This document shows, piece after piece, positions 27,711-37,575 of a stretch of 64,000 nt of DNA. Both the position numbers and the translations under genes were made by a program. This stretch comes from Candidatus Margulisiibacteriota bacterium. GTDB taxonomy: Bacteria > Margulisbacteria > WOR-1 > O2-12-FULL-45-9 > XYB2-FULL-48-7. Position 1 is the stretch's first letter. The number at the start of each line of letters is the position of its first letter. The stretch lies in assembly GCA_041658645.1 (NCBI GenBank), contig JBAZZV010000002.1:107907-171906 (forward strand), in the 5' to 3' direction. Under the pieces are notes generated by a model. That model made no database searches and was not told where the DNA came from. It saw only the letters and a list, made by a program, of their open reading frames with translations.

Positions 27711-29038
27711 CCGCCTCGCTCTACGTCCACATCCCCTTTTGCAAACAAAAGTGCAACTACTGTGATTTCGTTTCTTATGCCGGGAAGGAAAATTTCATTG
27801 ACGAGTATGTTGAGACGATGATCCGAGAATTCGAGTCCCGGTGTTCTGTGCTCTATGTTCCGTGTTCTACTGTCTTCTTCGGCGGCGGGACCCCGACCCT
27901 GCTCGAACCAAAGCATTTCGATAAAATATTATCCACATTCATTAGTCATTCGTCATTAGTCATTAGTCATTCAGAGATCTCCATCGAAGCTAATCCAGGA
28001 ACTGCCGGCAAAGCCAAGCTAAAAGCCCTTAGACAACTCGGTATCAACCGTCTCTCGATCGGCGTCCAGTCGTTCAACGACCGGCAGCTAAAGACCCTGG
28101 GGCGGATCCATGACTCCGCCACAGCTAAACGTTTTTATCAGGACGCGCGTGACGCCGGCTTCGACAATATTAATCTCGATCTGATCTTCGCCCTGCCCGG
28201 GCAGACCTTAGCTGAATGGAAACGCGATCTGGCCACGGCGATCGCGCTAAAACCAGAACATCTTTCAACTTATAATTTACAAATTGAAGAGGGAACACCT
28301 TTCTGGGAAAGGTTCAAAGAGCCCTCACCCGCTGCCGCAAACCGACGCACCCTCTCCCAGAGGGAGAGGGTAATGAGCCAAGCAGACTTGCAAAACACCT
28401 TCTCCCCCCCTCACCCGCTTACGCAAAGTGTCCCCCCTCTCCCAGAGGGAGAGGGTACTTCGCCTTTAATTCCCGTTTGCGCAACACCTTCTCCCTTTGG
28501 GAGAAGGTGCGCCTCCTTGGCGCATTGGATGAGGGGAGAGAAGGTGCATAGTTCTGGTAGAGCGGATGAGGGCCTCAGTCTCCCTTCCGAAGATGAAGAG
28601 CTGGCAATGTATGAATATGCCATCGAAGAACTGGCCGCTCACGGCTACAAACATTATGAGATCTCTAATTTTGCTAAACCGGGTTATGAATGTCAGCACA
28701 ATTTGGTTTACTGGCGGAACGAGAATTATCTCGGCATTGGCGCCGGCGCGCACTCCCATGTAAACGGCCAGCGCTGGTCTAATCCAAACTGTATCGAAAA
28801 ATACCTGGAAACCGCGACGTTTAGTCGCAGGTTTCCAGGTTCGACTGCCGACCAACGCGAAACGATCTTCCTCGGCCTCCGCCTCCTGGACGGTTTGTCA
28901 ATTAAGAAATTTAAAGGCTTTGAGGCTCAAGTCGCTGAACTGATAAAAGACGGCTTGTTAACCGAGGAAAAGGGGAATTATAAACTAACCCGGCAAGGTC
29001 TATATCTGGGCAATCTGGTCTTCGAGAAGTTCGTATAA
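27707..29038 (+). CDS. hemW: Radical SAM heme chaperone HemW (HemN-like), carrying an approximately 84 aa in-frame insertion
   Basis: [10 protein letters not shown] (CxxxCxxC); GGGTPT; C-terminal HemN domain; start ATG overlaps lepA stop (ATGA). Confidence 0.8.
   Translation: MTASLYVHIPFCKQKCNYCDFVSYAGKENFIDEYVETMIREFESRCSVLYVPCSTVFFGGGTPTLLEPKHFDKILSTFISHSSLVISHSEISIEANPGTAGKAKLKALRQLGINRLSIGVQSFNDRQLKTLGRIHDSATAKRFYQDARDAGFDNINLDLIFALPGQTLAEWKRDLATAIALKPEHLSTYNLQIEEGTPFWERFKEPSPAAANRRTLSQRERVMSQADLQNTFSPPHPLTQSVPPLPEGEGTSPLIPVCATPSPFGRRCASLAHWMRGEKVHSSGRADEGLSLPSEDEELAMYEYAIEELAAHGYKHYEISNFAKPGYECQHNLVYWRNENYLGIGAGAHSHVNGQRWSNPNCIEKYLETATFSRRFPGSTADQRETIFLGLRLLDGLSIKKFKGFEAQVAELIKDGLLTEEKGNYKLTRQGLYLGNLVFEKFV
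27936..27974. repeat. Heptanucleotide tandem repeat CATT(A/C)GT, about 5.5 copies, inside the hemW coding region
   Basis: cattcattagtcattcgtcattagtcattagtcattcag; encodes [13 protein letters not shown]. Confidence 0.5.
28321..28573. mobile_element. MITE-like hairpin repeat element (TIR GCCCTCACC/GGTGAGGGC-like), copy 1, inserted in frame within hemW
   Basis: Contains two CCCTCTCCC-AGA-GGGAGAGGG perfect hairpins plus CACCTTCTCCC-TTT-GGGAGAAGGTG; ends gccctcaccc ... tggtagagcggatgagggc; homologous to the 49391-49521 copy. Confidence 0.55.
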
Positions 29039-29041
29039 GCC

Positions 29042-29524
29042 TTAGGCCTTCAAATATCCCAAGAAATTGAAGAATCCTTTTCCTGGTATAACAAAATCCG
29101 CTCCCACCCCCATCATCTCTTTGTTCTTCTTACCGCTGGCTGAATTGGCTGCAATATAACCCTTATATTTCAAATCTCTTAATTCCTTTACTAATTCCGG
29201 GCCCGAGGTGTTGAACATCTGCCCATCCATAACAACCAATTCCGGATTGTGTTCAGCAACGAGTTTAAGTCCCTGCTCTCTTATTGGGAGACCCGGATCA
29301 ACCGCTACAACTTTAACATTGTAATCTCTCAGCAGCTGTTGCGCACTTTTCAAATAATTGGGGTCATCATCAACCAGAAGGATCGTCTTGATGACTTGTG
29401 GCCTGCCCGGTTTAACAAATTCCGCCTTTAGCTGCACGCCGACTGCCGGCGAATGACCTGCCGCCATAAAACATCGGTAATCAAATAGTTTTCTGTAAGA
29501 AGACACGGGAAATTTAACGTCCAC
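29042..29524 (-). CDS. Response-regulator receiver-domain protein (stand-alone, CheY-like)
   Basis: LLVDDD acidic pocket, VVMDGQM phospho-acceptor region, conserved Lys near the C-terminus. Confidence 0.45.
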   Translation of the reverse strand: MDVKFPVSSYRKLFDYRCFMAAGHSPAVGVQLKAEFVKPGRPQVIKTILLVDDDPNYLKSAQQLLRDYNVKVVAVDPGLPIREQGLKLVAEHNPELVVMDGQMFNTSGPELVKELRDLKYKGYIAANSASGKKNKEMMGVGADFVIPGKGFFNFLGYLKA

Positions 29525-29590
29525 TTCATCAGCCTCCTGCTAATGAGATTATCATCATTTTCAATCTGGAATTTCATCAAATCCGCCCTC

Positions 29591-29646
29591 TTGACACTTA
29601 TACAATAAACTTGTTATAATTAGCACTCCAAAGGAGAGAGTGCTAA
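29591..29646 (+). promoter_or_regulatory. Sigma70 promoter (TTGACA-N18-TATAAT) followed by a perfect CIRCE operator, TTAGCACTC-N9-GAGTGCTAA
   Basis: CIRCE at 29620-29646 overlaps the hrcA RBS and start; textbook HrcA operator. Confidence 0.85.
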
Positions 29647-30395
29647 TGCCGGCTAAGTTAGAATTAGATGACCGTAAAAAACGTATTTTAGAGGCGATCG
29701 TCCGGGATTATCTGCACACAGCCGAACCGGTCGGCTCGCGCACTATCTGGCGCGCTTACATGCCCGATCTTTCCCCCGCCACCATCCGCAACGAAATGGC
29801 CGACCTGGAAGCGCTCGGGATGATCGTCCAGCCGCACACTTCGGCCGGGCGGGTCCCGACCGACCTCGGCTATCGCTTTTATGTCGATCACATGATGAAA
29901 TCTCGCCAGTTGACGGTCAAGGAAGAAGAGGTCATTCACGAAGGGTTGAAAGAGATCCACGATGACCTGGAAGATACCATGCACCAGACCCTCAAGGTAC
30001 TCTCCCACCTGCTCGACTATGCCTCGGTCATCGCCACCCTGCAGGACAAGCAGCGGGTCTATGCCGGTGGTTTCGCCCATATGCTCAAGCAACCGGAGTA
30101 TTCCGACGTCAAACTCTCCCGGCGCATTTTTGAAACACTGGAAGAAGAGGACCTGATGGCCAACATGGTCAAGGAATACACGACCGAAAAAGGGATCACC
30201 ATCAAGATCGGCGCGGAGAATACTTTTAAGGAAGTTAAGGACTGCAGCGTGGTCATGGCCTCGTATAAAGTCAACAAAGTGACCGGCGGGCTCGGCGTCA
30301 TCGGACCGACCCGGATGAGCTACGCCCGGACCGCCACTATTTTGGAAAGCATCTCCCGACGCCTGGAAGTTTTATTGGAGGGACATAATGACTGA
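29646..30395 (+). CDS. hrcA: Heat-inducible transcription repressor HrcA
   Basis: N-terminal wHTH (RKKRILEAIVRDYLHTAEPVGSR); operon context with CIRCE. Confidence 0.85.
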   Translation: MPAKLELDDRKKRILEAIVRDYLHTAEPVGSRTIWRAYMPDLSPATIRNEMADLEALGMIVQPHTSAGRVPTDLGYRFYVDHMMKSRQLTVKEEEVIHEGLKEIHDDLEDTMHQTLKVLSHLLDYASVIATLQDKQRVYAGGFAHMLKQPEYSDVKLSRRIFETLEEEDLMANMVKEYTTEKGITIKIGAENTFKEVKDCSVVMASYKVNKVTGGLGVIGPTRMSYARTATILESISRRLEVLLEGHND

Positions 30396-30882
30396 AGAGT
30401 TGGAAGAAATTAAGCCGGAACTGCCGCCAGAAAAAAGCGAGCTCGAGCTGATGAAGGAGCAGGTAGCCGAGGGGAAGAATAGGATGCTCCGGGCAATGGC
30501 CGATCTTGATAACTTCAAGAAGCGCTCTTTGCTCGAGCGGGAACAGTTCGTTCAGTTCGCCAACGAAACGCTGATCAGCGACACCCTCCCCGTCCTCGAC
30601 GGCTTTAGCCGGGCGCTCGACGCGGCCGCCAAGATGAAGGCCGGGGAAGAGCTGACCAAAGGGCTTGCCCTGATCAAACGCCAGCTCGAGGACGTCTTAA
30701 CCAAACACGGGGTCAAAGTGATCGAAGCGGTCGGCAAAGTTTACGACCCAAATTTACACGAAGCAATTTTACAGAAAGAGCACCACGGCCCGGAGAATGT
30801 TATCATTGAAGAGATGCAAAAAGGTTACACCTTGCACGGGCGGGTTATCCGGCCGTCTATGGTGATCGTCAGCAAGAAATGA
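30388..30882 (+). CDS. grpE: Nucleotide exchange factor GrpE
   Basis: 164 aa; coiled-coil N-terminus; RAMADLDNFKKR...GYTLHGRVIRPSMV. Confidence 0.85.
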   Translation: MTEELEEIKPELPPEKSELELMKEQVAEGKNRMLRAMADLDNFKKRSLLEREQFVQFANETLISDTLPVLDGFSRALDAAAKMKAGEELTKGLALIKRQLEDVLTKHGVKVIEAVGKVYDPNLHEAILQKEHHGPENVIIEEMQKGYTLHGRVIRPSMVIVSKK

Positions 30883-30986
30883 CAAATGTCCAATGTCGCG
30901 TTGAATGTCAAATGTCCAATGACAAATGTCAAATGAAGGTGTCGCCTGCGGCGACATTATTCTAATCGGAAATCAACAACAAGCTT

Positions 30987-31298
30987 ATGTTAAATGAAGA
31001 ATCAAAAATAAAAATAGATTCATTGACAATAAAAGAATTGGGGGAAAACCTTGCGTTCAGCTATTACGGGGCAATGGATTCAGAGAAGTCGAGATATGCT
31101 CAACATGTTCTTGAGATGAAAAAACGAGAAGAAAACGATGACAGAATCTTGGCTTTGATAGGTTCAATAGGCAATTTAGCTAATTCAAACGAGAAAACAG
31201 CTAAATCTCAAGGTCAACTTACGTTTTGGCAGGTTGTTTTGGCGGGAGCACTCACACTAGCCACATTTGGGTTGATTTATGTTACGTGGATTAAATAA
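30987..31298 (+). CDS. Small hypothetical protein with a C-terminal TM helix (cassette cargo)
   Basis: 103 aa, AT-rich. Confidence 0.35.
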   Translation: MLNEESKIKIDSLTIKELGENLAFSYYGAMDSEKSRYAQHVLEMKKREENDDRILALIGSIGNLANSNEKTAKSQGQLTFWQVVLAGALTLATFGLIYVTWIK

Positions 31299-31654
31299 TG
31301 CAAATTCAGGATAGAGCACTGGAATTTGCGGTCAGGATAATAAAGTTTGCTGATAAGTTACCGAAATCGGCAGCGGGGGCGGTTTTGGTTAAGCAATTGA
31401 TCCGTTCCGGGACATCGATTGGGGCGAATATGGAAGAAGCGGATGGCGCTTCGTCGAAAGCCGATTTTATTAATAAAGTAACGATTGCTAGGAAAGAAGC
31501 AAGGGAAACGCATTATTGGCTACAGCTAATTAAGAAGGCGGAATTGATACATAAAGATAATATTGTTGAATTGGATAGTTTAATTAATGAGGCGGAAGAA
31601 TTGAAGCGTGTTCTTAGCGCAATCATTAACAAAGCAAGAGAAAAGAAACAATGA
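31298..31654 (+). CDS. Four-helix-bundle protein (23S rRNA IVS-encoded protein family)
   Basis: 118 aa; GTSIGANMEEADGASSKADFINKVTIARKEARETHYWLQL matches the family signature. Confidence 0.7.
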   Translation: MQIQDRALEFAVRIIKFADKLPKSAAGAVLVKQLIRSGTSIGANMEEADGASSKADFINKVTIARKEARETHYWLQLIKKAELIHKDNIVELDSLINEAEELKRVLSAIINKAREKKQ

Positions 31655-31789
31655 CAAATGACCAATTAAAAATGACAAATGAAGGTATGCCTTCGGCATA
31701 TCATTTTAATAACGTCGCGCAGCGACACATCAATTTGACATTTGTCATTGGACATTTGACATTAATAAAGGATAAGGGGGAGTAAAGAA

Positions 31790-33676
31790 ATGGCACAGGA
31801 AAAGATCATTGGGATAGATCTGGGGACAACTAACAGTTGCGTGGCGGTAATGATGGGGGGAGAAGCGACCGTCATCCCGAACTCGGAGGGAGGCCGGACC
31901 ACCCCATCGATCGTCGCTTTCCTCAAGGACGGGGCCCGGGTCGTCGGCCAAGTGGCAAAAAGACAGTCGATCACTAATCCGGAGCATACTATCTCCTCAA
32001 TCAAAAGATTTATGGGGCGGCGGTTCGACGAGGTCGGCGGCGAGCTAAAGTATGTCCCCTATCGGGTGGTTAAAGGGAGCAAAGACGAAGTTAAGATCAA
32101 GATTGACGAGAAAGATCACACCCCGCCGGAGATCTCGGCCATGATCCTGCAAAAGATGAAACAGTCGGCCGAGGATTTTCTCGGCGAGCAGGTCAAGAAA
32201 GCGGTCATCACCGTCCCGGCATATTTTAACGACAGCCAGCGCCAGGCGACCAAGGACGCCGGCACCATCGCCGGCCTCGAGGTCGTCCGGATCATTAACG
32301 AACCGACCGCCGCTTCCCTGGCTTACGGCATTGAAAAAAAGAAAGAGGAAAAGGTCGCGGTGTTCGATCTTGGCGGCGGAACTTTTGACGTCTCGGTCCT
32401 TGATATCATGGAAGGCTCGATCGAAGTCCTGGCGACCAACGGCGACACCCATCTCGGCGGCGATGATTTTGACCAGCACATCATGAAGTGGCTGCTCGAC
32501 GAGTTCAAGAAAGACCAGGGGATCGACCTGGGTAAAGACCGGCTGGCAATGCAGCGGCTCAAGGAATCGGCCGAAAAAGCCAAATGCGAGCTCTCCACCG
32601 CCGTGGAAACCGAGATCAACCTCCCCTTCCTGACCGCTGATGCTTCCGGCCCCAAGCACCTGGTCATCAAGCTGACCCGGTCCAAGCTGGAACAGCTGGT
32701 CGGCGACCTGATCGAGCGGTCGATCGCTCCGTGCAAACAAGCGCTCGCCGACGCTGGCCTCAAGGCCAACCAGATCAACGAGGTCATCCTGGTCGGCGGC
32801 ATGACCAGAATGCCTAAAGTTCAGGAAACGGTTAAAGCCTTCTTCGGCAAAGAACCGCACAAAGGGGTCAATCCGGATGAAGTGGTCGCGCTCGGCGCGG
32901 CCATCCAGGGCGGGATCATGTCCGGCGAGACTTCGAAGGAAATGGTCCTGCTTGATGTCACCCCCTTGACCCTCGGGATCGAGACCCTGGGGAGCGTCAT
33001 GACCCCATTGGTCGAGCGGAATACCACCATCCCTTATGAAAAAAGCCAGGTCTTTTCGACCGCGGCTGACGGGCAAACCTCGGTCGAAGTCCATATTCTC
33101 CAAGGGGAACGGCCGATGGCCGCAGATAACCGGACGCTCGGCCGCTTCCATCTCGACGGGATCCCGCCGGCGCCGCGCGGCATCCCCCAAGTCGAAGTAA
33201 CCTTTGATATTGACGCCAACGGGATCCTCAATGTCCGGGCCAAGGATAAAGGGACCGGCAAAGAGCAGAAGATCACCATCACCGCCTCATCCGGCCTGTC
33301 CAAGGACGAGATCGAGAAGATGAAGAAGACCGCCGAGGCGCACGAAGCCGAGGATAAGAAAAAACGGGAAGAAGTCGACACCCGCAACCAGGCCGATGCC
33401 ATGGCCTACTCCGCGGAAAAGACCTTAAAAGAGGCCGGTGACAAGGTCGACGCACCGACCAAAGAGAAGGTCGAGAAGGCGATCGCCGAAACCCGCCAGA
33501 CGCTGGCTGGAACTGACGCCGAAGCGATCAAGAAGTCCCTCGAGAACCTCCAGAAAGAGGTCTACGAGATGTCGGCCAAGATTTATAAAGAAGCCGAACC
33601 GGCCCCCGGCCCGAAAGACGAAACACGAACCACGAACGATGACGAAAAAACGATCGACGCTGAAACGGCGCCATGA
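31790..33676 (+). CDS. dnaK: Molecular chaperone DnaK
   Basis: [24 protein letters not shown], and more. Confidence 0.95.
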   Translation: MAQEKIIGIDLGTTNSCVAVMMGGEATVIPNSEGGRTTPSIVAFLKDGARVVGQVAKRQSITNPEHTISSIKRFMGRRFDEVGGELKYVPYRVVKGSKDEVKIKIDEKDHTPPEISAMILQKMKQSAEDFLGEQVKKAVITVPAYFNDSQRQATKDAGTIAGLEVVRIINEPTAASLAYGIEKKKEEKVAVFDLGGGTFDVSVLDIMEGSIEVLATNGDTHLGGDDFDQHIMKWLLDEFKKDQGIDLGKDRLAMQRLKESAEKAKCELSTAVETEINLPFLTADASGPKHLVIKLTRSKLEQLVGDLIERSIAPCKQALADAGLKANQINEVILVGGMTRMPKVQETVKAFFGKEPHKGVNPDEVVALGAAIQGGIMSGETSKEMVLLDVTPLTLGIETLGSVMTPLVERNTTIPYEKSQVFSTAADGQTSVEVHILQGERPMAADNRTLGRFHLDGIPPAPRGIPQVEVTFDIDANGILNVRAKDKGTGKEQKITITASSGLSKDEIEKMKKTAEAHEAEDKKKREEVDTRNQADAMAYSAEKTLKEAGDKVDAPTKEKVEKAIAETRQTLAGTDAEAIKKSLENLQKEVYEMSAKIYKEAEPAPGPKDETRTTNDDEKTIDAETAP

Positions 33677-34734
33677 AGCGTGACCCCTACGAAATACTCG
33701 GTGTAGGCAAAACAGCCTCGCAAGAGGAGATCAAACGGGCTTACCGCAACCTGGCCCGCAAATACCATCCCGACGTCAATAAGGAAGCGGGCTCGGCCGA
33801 CAAGTTCAAAGAGATCAACGGCGCCTATCAGCTCCTCTCCGACCCGCAGAAACGGTCGCAGTATGATTACTACGGCCAGGCCGGACCGGCCGGGGCCGGC
33901 GGCGGCGGTTTCGAAGGTTTTGATTTTGGCGGAGCGGCAGGGTTTGGCGAGTTCGGCGACCTCTTTGACATGTTCTTCGGCGGCCAGCGGGGCGGCCAGC
34001 GCTCCGGCCCACAGCGCGGCGAAGATCTCCGTTACGATCTCAAGATCACCCTCGAACAGGCGGCCACCGGTTTCGACAAAGACCTCGATGTTCTCCACTA
34101 TACCGCCTGCTCGGCCTGCAAAGGGAGCGGCGCTAAACCGGGAACGGCGCCGGTCAAATGCACCGCCTGTAACGGGGCCGGCCAGGTCAGAAAGAACCAG
34201 CGAACATTCCTCGGCAACTTTACCCAGATCGTCCCCTGCCCGGCCTGCCGCGGAACCGGCCAGACGATCAAATCACCCTGTCCAACCTGCGGCGGATCAG
34301 GCCGCGAAAAGAAAAAACATGTCGTTAGGTTAAAGGTCCCCGCCGGGATCGATTCCGGTTACCGCCTGCGCGTCGCCGGCGCCGGCAACGCCGGTGACAC
34401 TGGCGGGCCACCCGGTGACCTCTACGCCTTTATCACGGTTGAACAGCATCCGCTGTTCAACCGCGACGGCGCCAACCTCTACCATCGCCAGGCGATCACC
34501 TTCCGCCAGGCGATCCTGGGCGACGAGATCGTTGTCCCGACCCTCTCCGGCAAGACGGTACTCAAGGTCCCGGCCGGGACCCAACCGAACTCCACTTTCA
34601 AGCTCAAGGAAAAAGGGGTCCCCCATCTCGGCCGGAACAGCCGCGGCGACCTCTACGTCCAGATCGAGGTCGTCATCCCGGCCAAGATCACCAGGCAACA
34701 GGAAGAGCTGTTGAGAAACTTCGATCATGCCTAG
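33673..34734 (+). CDS. dnaJ: Molecular chaperone DnaJ
   Basis: J-domain with HPD, G/F-rich region, four CxxCxGxG zinc-finger repeats. Confidence 0.9.
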   Translation: MKRDPYEILGVGKTASQEEIKRAYRNLARKYHPDVNKEAGSADKFKEINGAYQLLSDPQKRSQYDYYGQAGPAGAGGGGFEGFDFGGAAGFGEFGDLFDMFFGGQRGGQRSGPQRGEDLRYDLKITLEQAATGFDKDLDVLHYTACSACKGSGAKPGTAPVKCTACNGAGQVRKNQRTFLGNFTQIVPCPACRGTGQTIKSPCPTCGGSGREKKKHVVRLKVPAGIDSGYRLRVAGAGNAGDTGGPPGDLYAFITVEQHPLFNRDGANLYHRQAITFRQAILGDEIVVPTLSGKTVLKVPAGTQPNSTFKLKEKGVPHLGRNSRGDLYVQIEVVIPAKITRQQEELLRNFDHA

Positions 34735-35425
34735 GGTCTTTGTTTCACCGGAACACTTTCCCGACATCATTGGCTCCGATGTCCATTACCTGCGCGACGT
34801 CCTTCGCCTGAAACCGAATGACGAGCTCGAATTGCTGGATGGCTCCGGCCTGGTCCACGCGGCCAGGATCGAAACCCTCACCCCGGACAGGGTCACCTGC
34901 CAGGTGATCAGTTCGCACCCGGCCGAGAGCGAACCGCAAACCCTGATAACTCTCGCCCAAGCTTTGCCCAAAGCCTCTAAGATGGATTTTATCGTCGAGA
35001 AATGCACCGAGTTGGGGGTTAGCCGGATCATCCCGATGCTGACCTCGCGGACGATCGCCCAGGGAGTTAAGCTGGAGCGCTGGCGCAAGCTGGCTAAAGA
35101 AGCGGCCGAACAGTCCGGCCGCGCCGTTATCCCGGAAATATCTGACTCGACGAAGTTTGCCGAGGTACTTAAGCTGAAAGATCAATTTGATCTCGCCTTG
35201 ATCCCGTGGGAGAGCGAAAAAGAAAATAGCTTAAAATCAGTTCTTACCGTCCATCGTCCATCGTCTATCGTCTTTCTGATCGGGCCCGAGGGTGGTTTTA
35301 CGAAGGAAGAAGTCGAGTCTGCCAGGCAAGCAGGTTTTATCTCGGTCAGTTTGGGTAAACGGATCATGAGGACAGAAACCGCCGGACTAGCCACGATCGC
35401 CAATATTCTCTACGAATTAGGCTGA
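34727..35425 (+). CDS. rsmE: 16S rRNA (uracil1498-N3)-methyltransferase
   Basis: 232 aa; RsmE-like PUA plus SPOUT fold motifs. Confidence 0.75.
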   Translation: MPRVFVSPEHFPDIIGSDVHYLRDVLRLKPNDELELLDGSGLVHAARIETLTPDRVTCQVISSHPAESEPQTLITLAQALPKASKMDFIVEKCTELGVSRIIPMLTSRTIAQGVKLERWRKLAKEAAEQSGRAVIPEISDSTKFAEVLKLKDQFDLALIPWESEKENSLKSVLTVHRPSSIVFLIGPEGGFTKEEVESARQAGFISVSLGKRIMRTETAGLATIANILYELG

Positions 35426-35427
35426 TA

Positions 35428-35449
35428 AAAGAGAGGGACCCTCCCTTTA
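35428..35449. terminator. GC-rich near-palindrome AAAGAGAGGGACCCTCCCTTT flanked by A and T runs; likely bidirectional terminator
   Basis: Lies between convergent rsmE and the 35489-36265 gene; identical copy at 38626-38646. Confidence 0.4.
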
Positions 35450-35488
35450 AAGTATCCAAGTTATCTTTAAAGTTCGGGCCCCTGCTCT

Positions 35489-36265
35489 TTATAGAACGAT
35501 CGGCTGGCAAACTGAGAGACTGATACCCTTGGAAGTGACGGTGTTCGAGCGGACAACATTGTATCCGATCTCAAATCCGGTCTTCCCTAACCCGAGGCCG
35601 AGGTCAGCATTGATGCCAAAATAGACATCGCCGCCGAGCTTGCCGCTGGTCTGGCCGTTGCCATAAGCAACGTAGTTCAGCCCACCAGTGAGATAGCTGT
35701 CGAGACCACCCATCCACTCCGCCGGCAAACTAATGATGCCGCCGCCGTAGACTGGGACAGCCTTTAAGCCTCCTCCACCCATGACATAACCTGTACCAAC
35801 CTTGAACTTCACGGCATTGGCCGACAGGCCAACCATGGGCCCAAGACCGATAAAGTCATCCAACACCAGGTTGCCCATCGCCCCGATGGAACCGGAGAGC
35901 GATCCCTTTCCAGTGCTGATATACAGACCGGAGAGAGAAGTGTTGAGCCCCATTCCGAACAATCCAGCGGAAGCGGCCGGCTTAACGACGACCGAGGCTG
36001 GCGGAACAGGAGCGACTGGCGGTGGCGCGACTTCCAGCGAAGCTTTCAGCTTATTCCAGCGGGCCAGAGTCGCGGCTTTGTCAGCTTTCAAAATAGACAG
36101 CTTAACTGTCTGTTTAGCATTCCGAGCCTTGACTATCTTCACGTCGATCACCTTCAGGTAATCCCTGACCGCTTGTTTTTCCTCATCTATCGTCCGGCCA
36201 AAAGCAACGCTGGCCACTGAAGCCATGAAAGCCATGACCACAAAAAATATAATTACTTTCTTCAT
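35489..36265 (-). CDS. Secreted Gly-rich protein, paralog 1 (probable outer-membrane/beta-rich C-domain)
   Basis: Signal peptide; Pro-rich linker; C-domain nearly identical to the 38686-39429 product. Confidence 0.5.
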   Translation of the reverse strand: MKKVIIFFVVMAFMASVASVAFGRTIDEEKQAVRDYLKVIDVKIVKARNAKQTVKLSILKADKAATLARWNKLKASLEVAPPPVAPVPPASVVVKPAASAGLFGMGLNTSLSGLYISTGKGSLSGSIGAMGNLVLDDFIGLGPMVGLSANAVKFKVGTGYVMGGGGLKAVPVYGGGIISLPAEWMGGLDSYLTGGLNYVAYGNGQTSGKLGGDVYFGINADLGLGLGKTGFEIGYNVVRSNTVTSKGISLSVCQPIVL

Positions 36266-36328
36266 TATTTTTCACCTCCCTTTTGTTCAGGATTAAGGAT
36301 CGGGTCCCCGTTCTTACCGTCCCTCAGC

Positions 36329-37468
36329 CTATGGCTGAGTCACGGGATTGGCGTCTAGTGTAACCGCGGTCTGTGATAGCGCTCTACCGTTCAGTGTCGC
36401 GCCGGTCTGCAGCTCAATCAGCGTTTGGCACAATATATTTCCCTTGAAATTAGACGTCGTTCCAAGTGTCGCTTTGCCGGCAACCTGCCAAAAGATGTTC
36501 TTGGCCTGTGCGCCACCCGAGAGAGTAATAATGGCACCGTTGGCCACGGTGAGATTTTGTGCTATCTGGAAGATCCAGACATCGTTGGCGCCGCCAGAGA
36601 GAGTAACACCAGCAGCAGATATTAGTACCCCTGTCCCCCATTTATAGAGACCGGGAGCAAGTGTCATCGAAGTAATATCTCCGGCGCCCAGTTCAGTCTG
36701 ATCAGGCAATGCCCGTCCAGCTGCGTCGGTGTACGCGAGCTCCATGTCACTTACAGCCGTAGTCATTTTAGCTGGAGTTGGGGGAGTATAGTCGGCCGCA
36801 TAAACCTTATATCCGGGCGATAGAGATGATGTCGAAAATGTATTCGTGCTATCCATTGCTAATCCAAATCCAGTGATGTAACTTGCAGCGGCTGGACTAA
36901 CTCCAATATCTCCAACAATCGTAGTCGTCCCAGTCGTTGAGATCCCTGACTTTGATAAAATCACAAAACTGCCGGCTGTTCCAAGGTTTACCAGCTCTGG
37001 ACCGGTCGCTGTAGTTGCCCCTGTTGTAAAGGTCCATGTCTTAGCGACAGCCAATGCATTGCCTGCCAGATCCTTGGCACCCGTGGTGATCGTCGCTTCA
37101 TATGTGGTATTGACTGCGAGATCACTTGTTGGGTTCAAGATCGCAACGGTGCCCGCATACGTCACAGCGCAGGGAACAGTCGTTGTCCCATCCGTTAAGG
37201 TAAAGGTTGCGGTGGTGATCGTTGCCGGGTCCATCGCCTCACTGAAGGTGGCGGTGATGTTCCGGTTGATGGGCACACCGGTGGCAAGATCAGCCGGGTT
37301 TGTGGAACTCACGGTGGGCGCGGTAGTGTCCGGCAATGTTGTTGTGGTAGTTGACGTGGTGGCGGTCGCATCCGGCGGAACGAGAACGTCACACCCGCTC
37401 ATCACGATCCCCAGACCAAACGCAAAAACCAGAAGCAGGATCCCGAAGCCCATCTTAACTCTCTTCAT
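36329..37468 (-). CDS. Secreted protein with bacterial Ig-like domain and DUF3494 ice-binding-like beta-helix domain
   Basis: SbsA-type Ig-like segment (TTAPTVSSTNPADLATGVPIN...); LGTAGSFVILSKSGISTTG and NIFWQVAGKATLGT typical of DUF3494. Confidence 0.55.
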   Translation of the reverse strand: MKRVKMGFGILLLVFAFGLGIVMSGCDVLVPPDATATTSTTTTTLPDTTAPTVSSTNPADLATGVPINRNITATFSEAMDPATITTATFTLTDGTTTVPCAVTYAGTVAILNPTSDLAVNTTYEATITTGAKDLAGNALAVAKTWTFTTGATTATGPELVNLGTAGSFVILSKSGISTTGTTTIVGDIGVSPAAASYITGFGLAMDSTNTFSTSSLSPGYKVYAADYTPPTPAKMTTAVSDMELAYTDAAGRALPDQTELGAGDITSMTLAPGLYKWGTGVLISAAGVTLSGGANDVWIFQIAQNLTVANGAIITLSGGAQAKNIFWQVAGKATLGTTSNFKGNILCQTLIELQTGATLNGRALSQTAVTLDANPVTQP

Positions 37469-37575
37469 TTTTCCCCCTACAATGAGATTTACCGAAATTA
37501 TGGCATTCCATTATTTCTTGTCAAGCAGAAATTTTAGTGCGCCATCCACCGGATCGGCGGGATGCCTTTTGTCGT

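Larger units (their letters stand above)
30884..31763. mobile_element. IVS-like cassette inserted between grpE and dnaK, bounded by perfect 29 bp inverted repeats (30904-30932 / 31735-31763)
   Basis: AATGTCAAATGTCCAATGACAAATGTCAA at the left end; the exact reverse complement at the right end; internal AATGACAAATGAAGG direct repeats each followed by a small GC hairpin. Confidence 0.5.

Noticed and set aside
32045-33190. 381 aa minus-strand ORF
   Set aside because: Antisense to dnaK.
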